A stretch of 63,798 nt of DNA, filler included, from Octopus bimaculoides (taxonomy: Eukaryota), in assembly GCF_001194135.2 (NCBI RefSeq). It is 5 parts of 5 records of this genome, joined end to end, with 100 filler letters (N's around TTAATTAATTAA, not from the genome) between each part and the next. Parts side by side here need not be neighbours in the genome. Positions count along the whole stretch, not along the records: positions 58,025 to 63,798 come from NC_069005.1; 4 more parts are not named here. One strand, written 5' to 3'. Below, piece after piece: positions 63,727 through 63,798 of the stretch (position 1 is the stretch's first letter; each line of letters starts with the position of its first letter). The notes under the pieces are model-generated. The model was not told the origin of the DNA. It searched no databases and worked only from the letters and a program-made list of their open reading frames with translations. The translations under genes were made by a program, and so were the position numbers.

Positions 63727-63798
<72 letters not shown>
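63727..63798. repeat. (ATT)n microsatellite
   Basis: Seen directly. Confidence 0.95.

Overview
AT-rich eukaryotic, repeat-dominated scaffold segment with many N gaps. The microsatellites and tRNA-derived SINE families resemble octopus (coleoid cephalopod) genomic DNA; that taxon call is inferred from repeat resemblance, not verified. I found no intact protein-coding gene, rRNA or CRISPR array; nearly all listed ORFs are microsatellite or gap translations. Supported content: (1) a cluster of four visible tRNA-Leu-body genes (15147-17645) made by direct and inverted duplication: one intact TAA copy, one near-intact TAA copy, a CAA-switched copy and a TAT pseudogene, with two more copies predicted inside gaps; (2) decayed non-LTR retrotransposons of CR1/L2-like, RTE (one with three C2H2-like fingers), R4/Dong-like and CRE-like type; (3) at least four SINE families and several MITEs; (4) the most notable signal, three hammerhead-ribozyme motifs of the minimal type I (Penelope-like) kind in two repeat families. 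One family is a tRNA-headed SINE-like element carrying a hammerhead (53243-53472 +, second copy 24562-24712 -). The other is an inverted, permuted repeat whose inversion junction lies within 0-3 nt of the predicted self-cleavage site (11886-12579). Repeat boundaries are approximate and family names come from motif recognition, not database searches.
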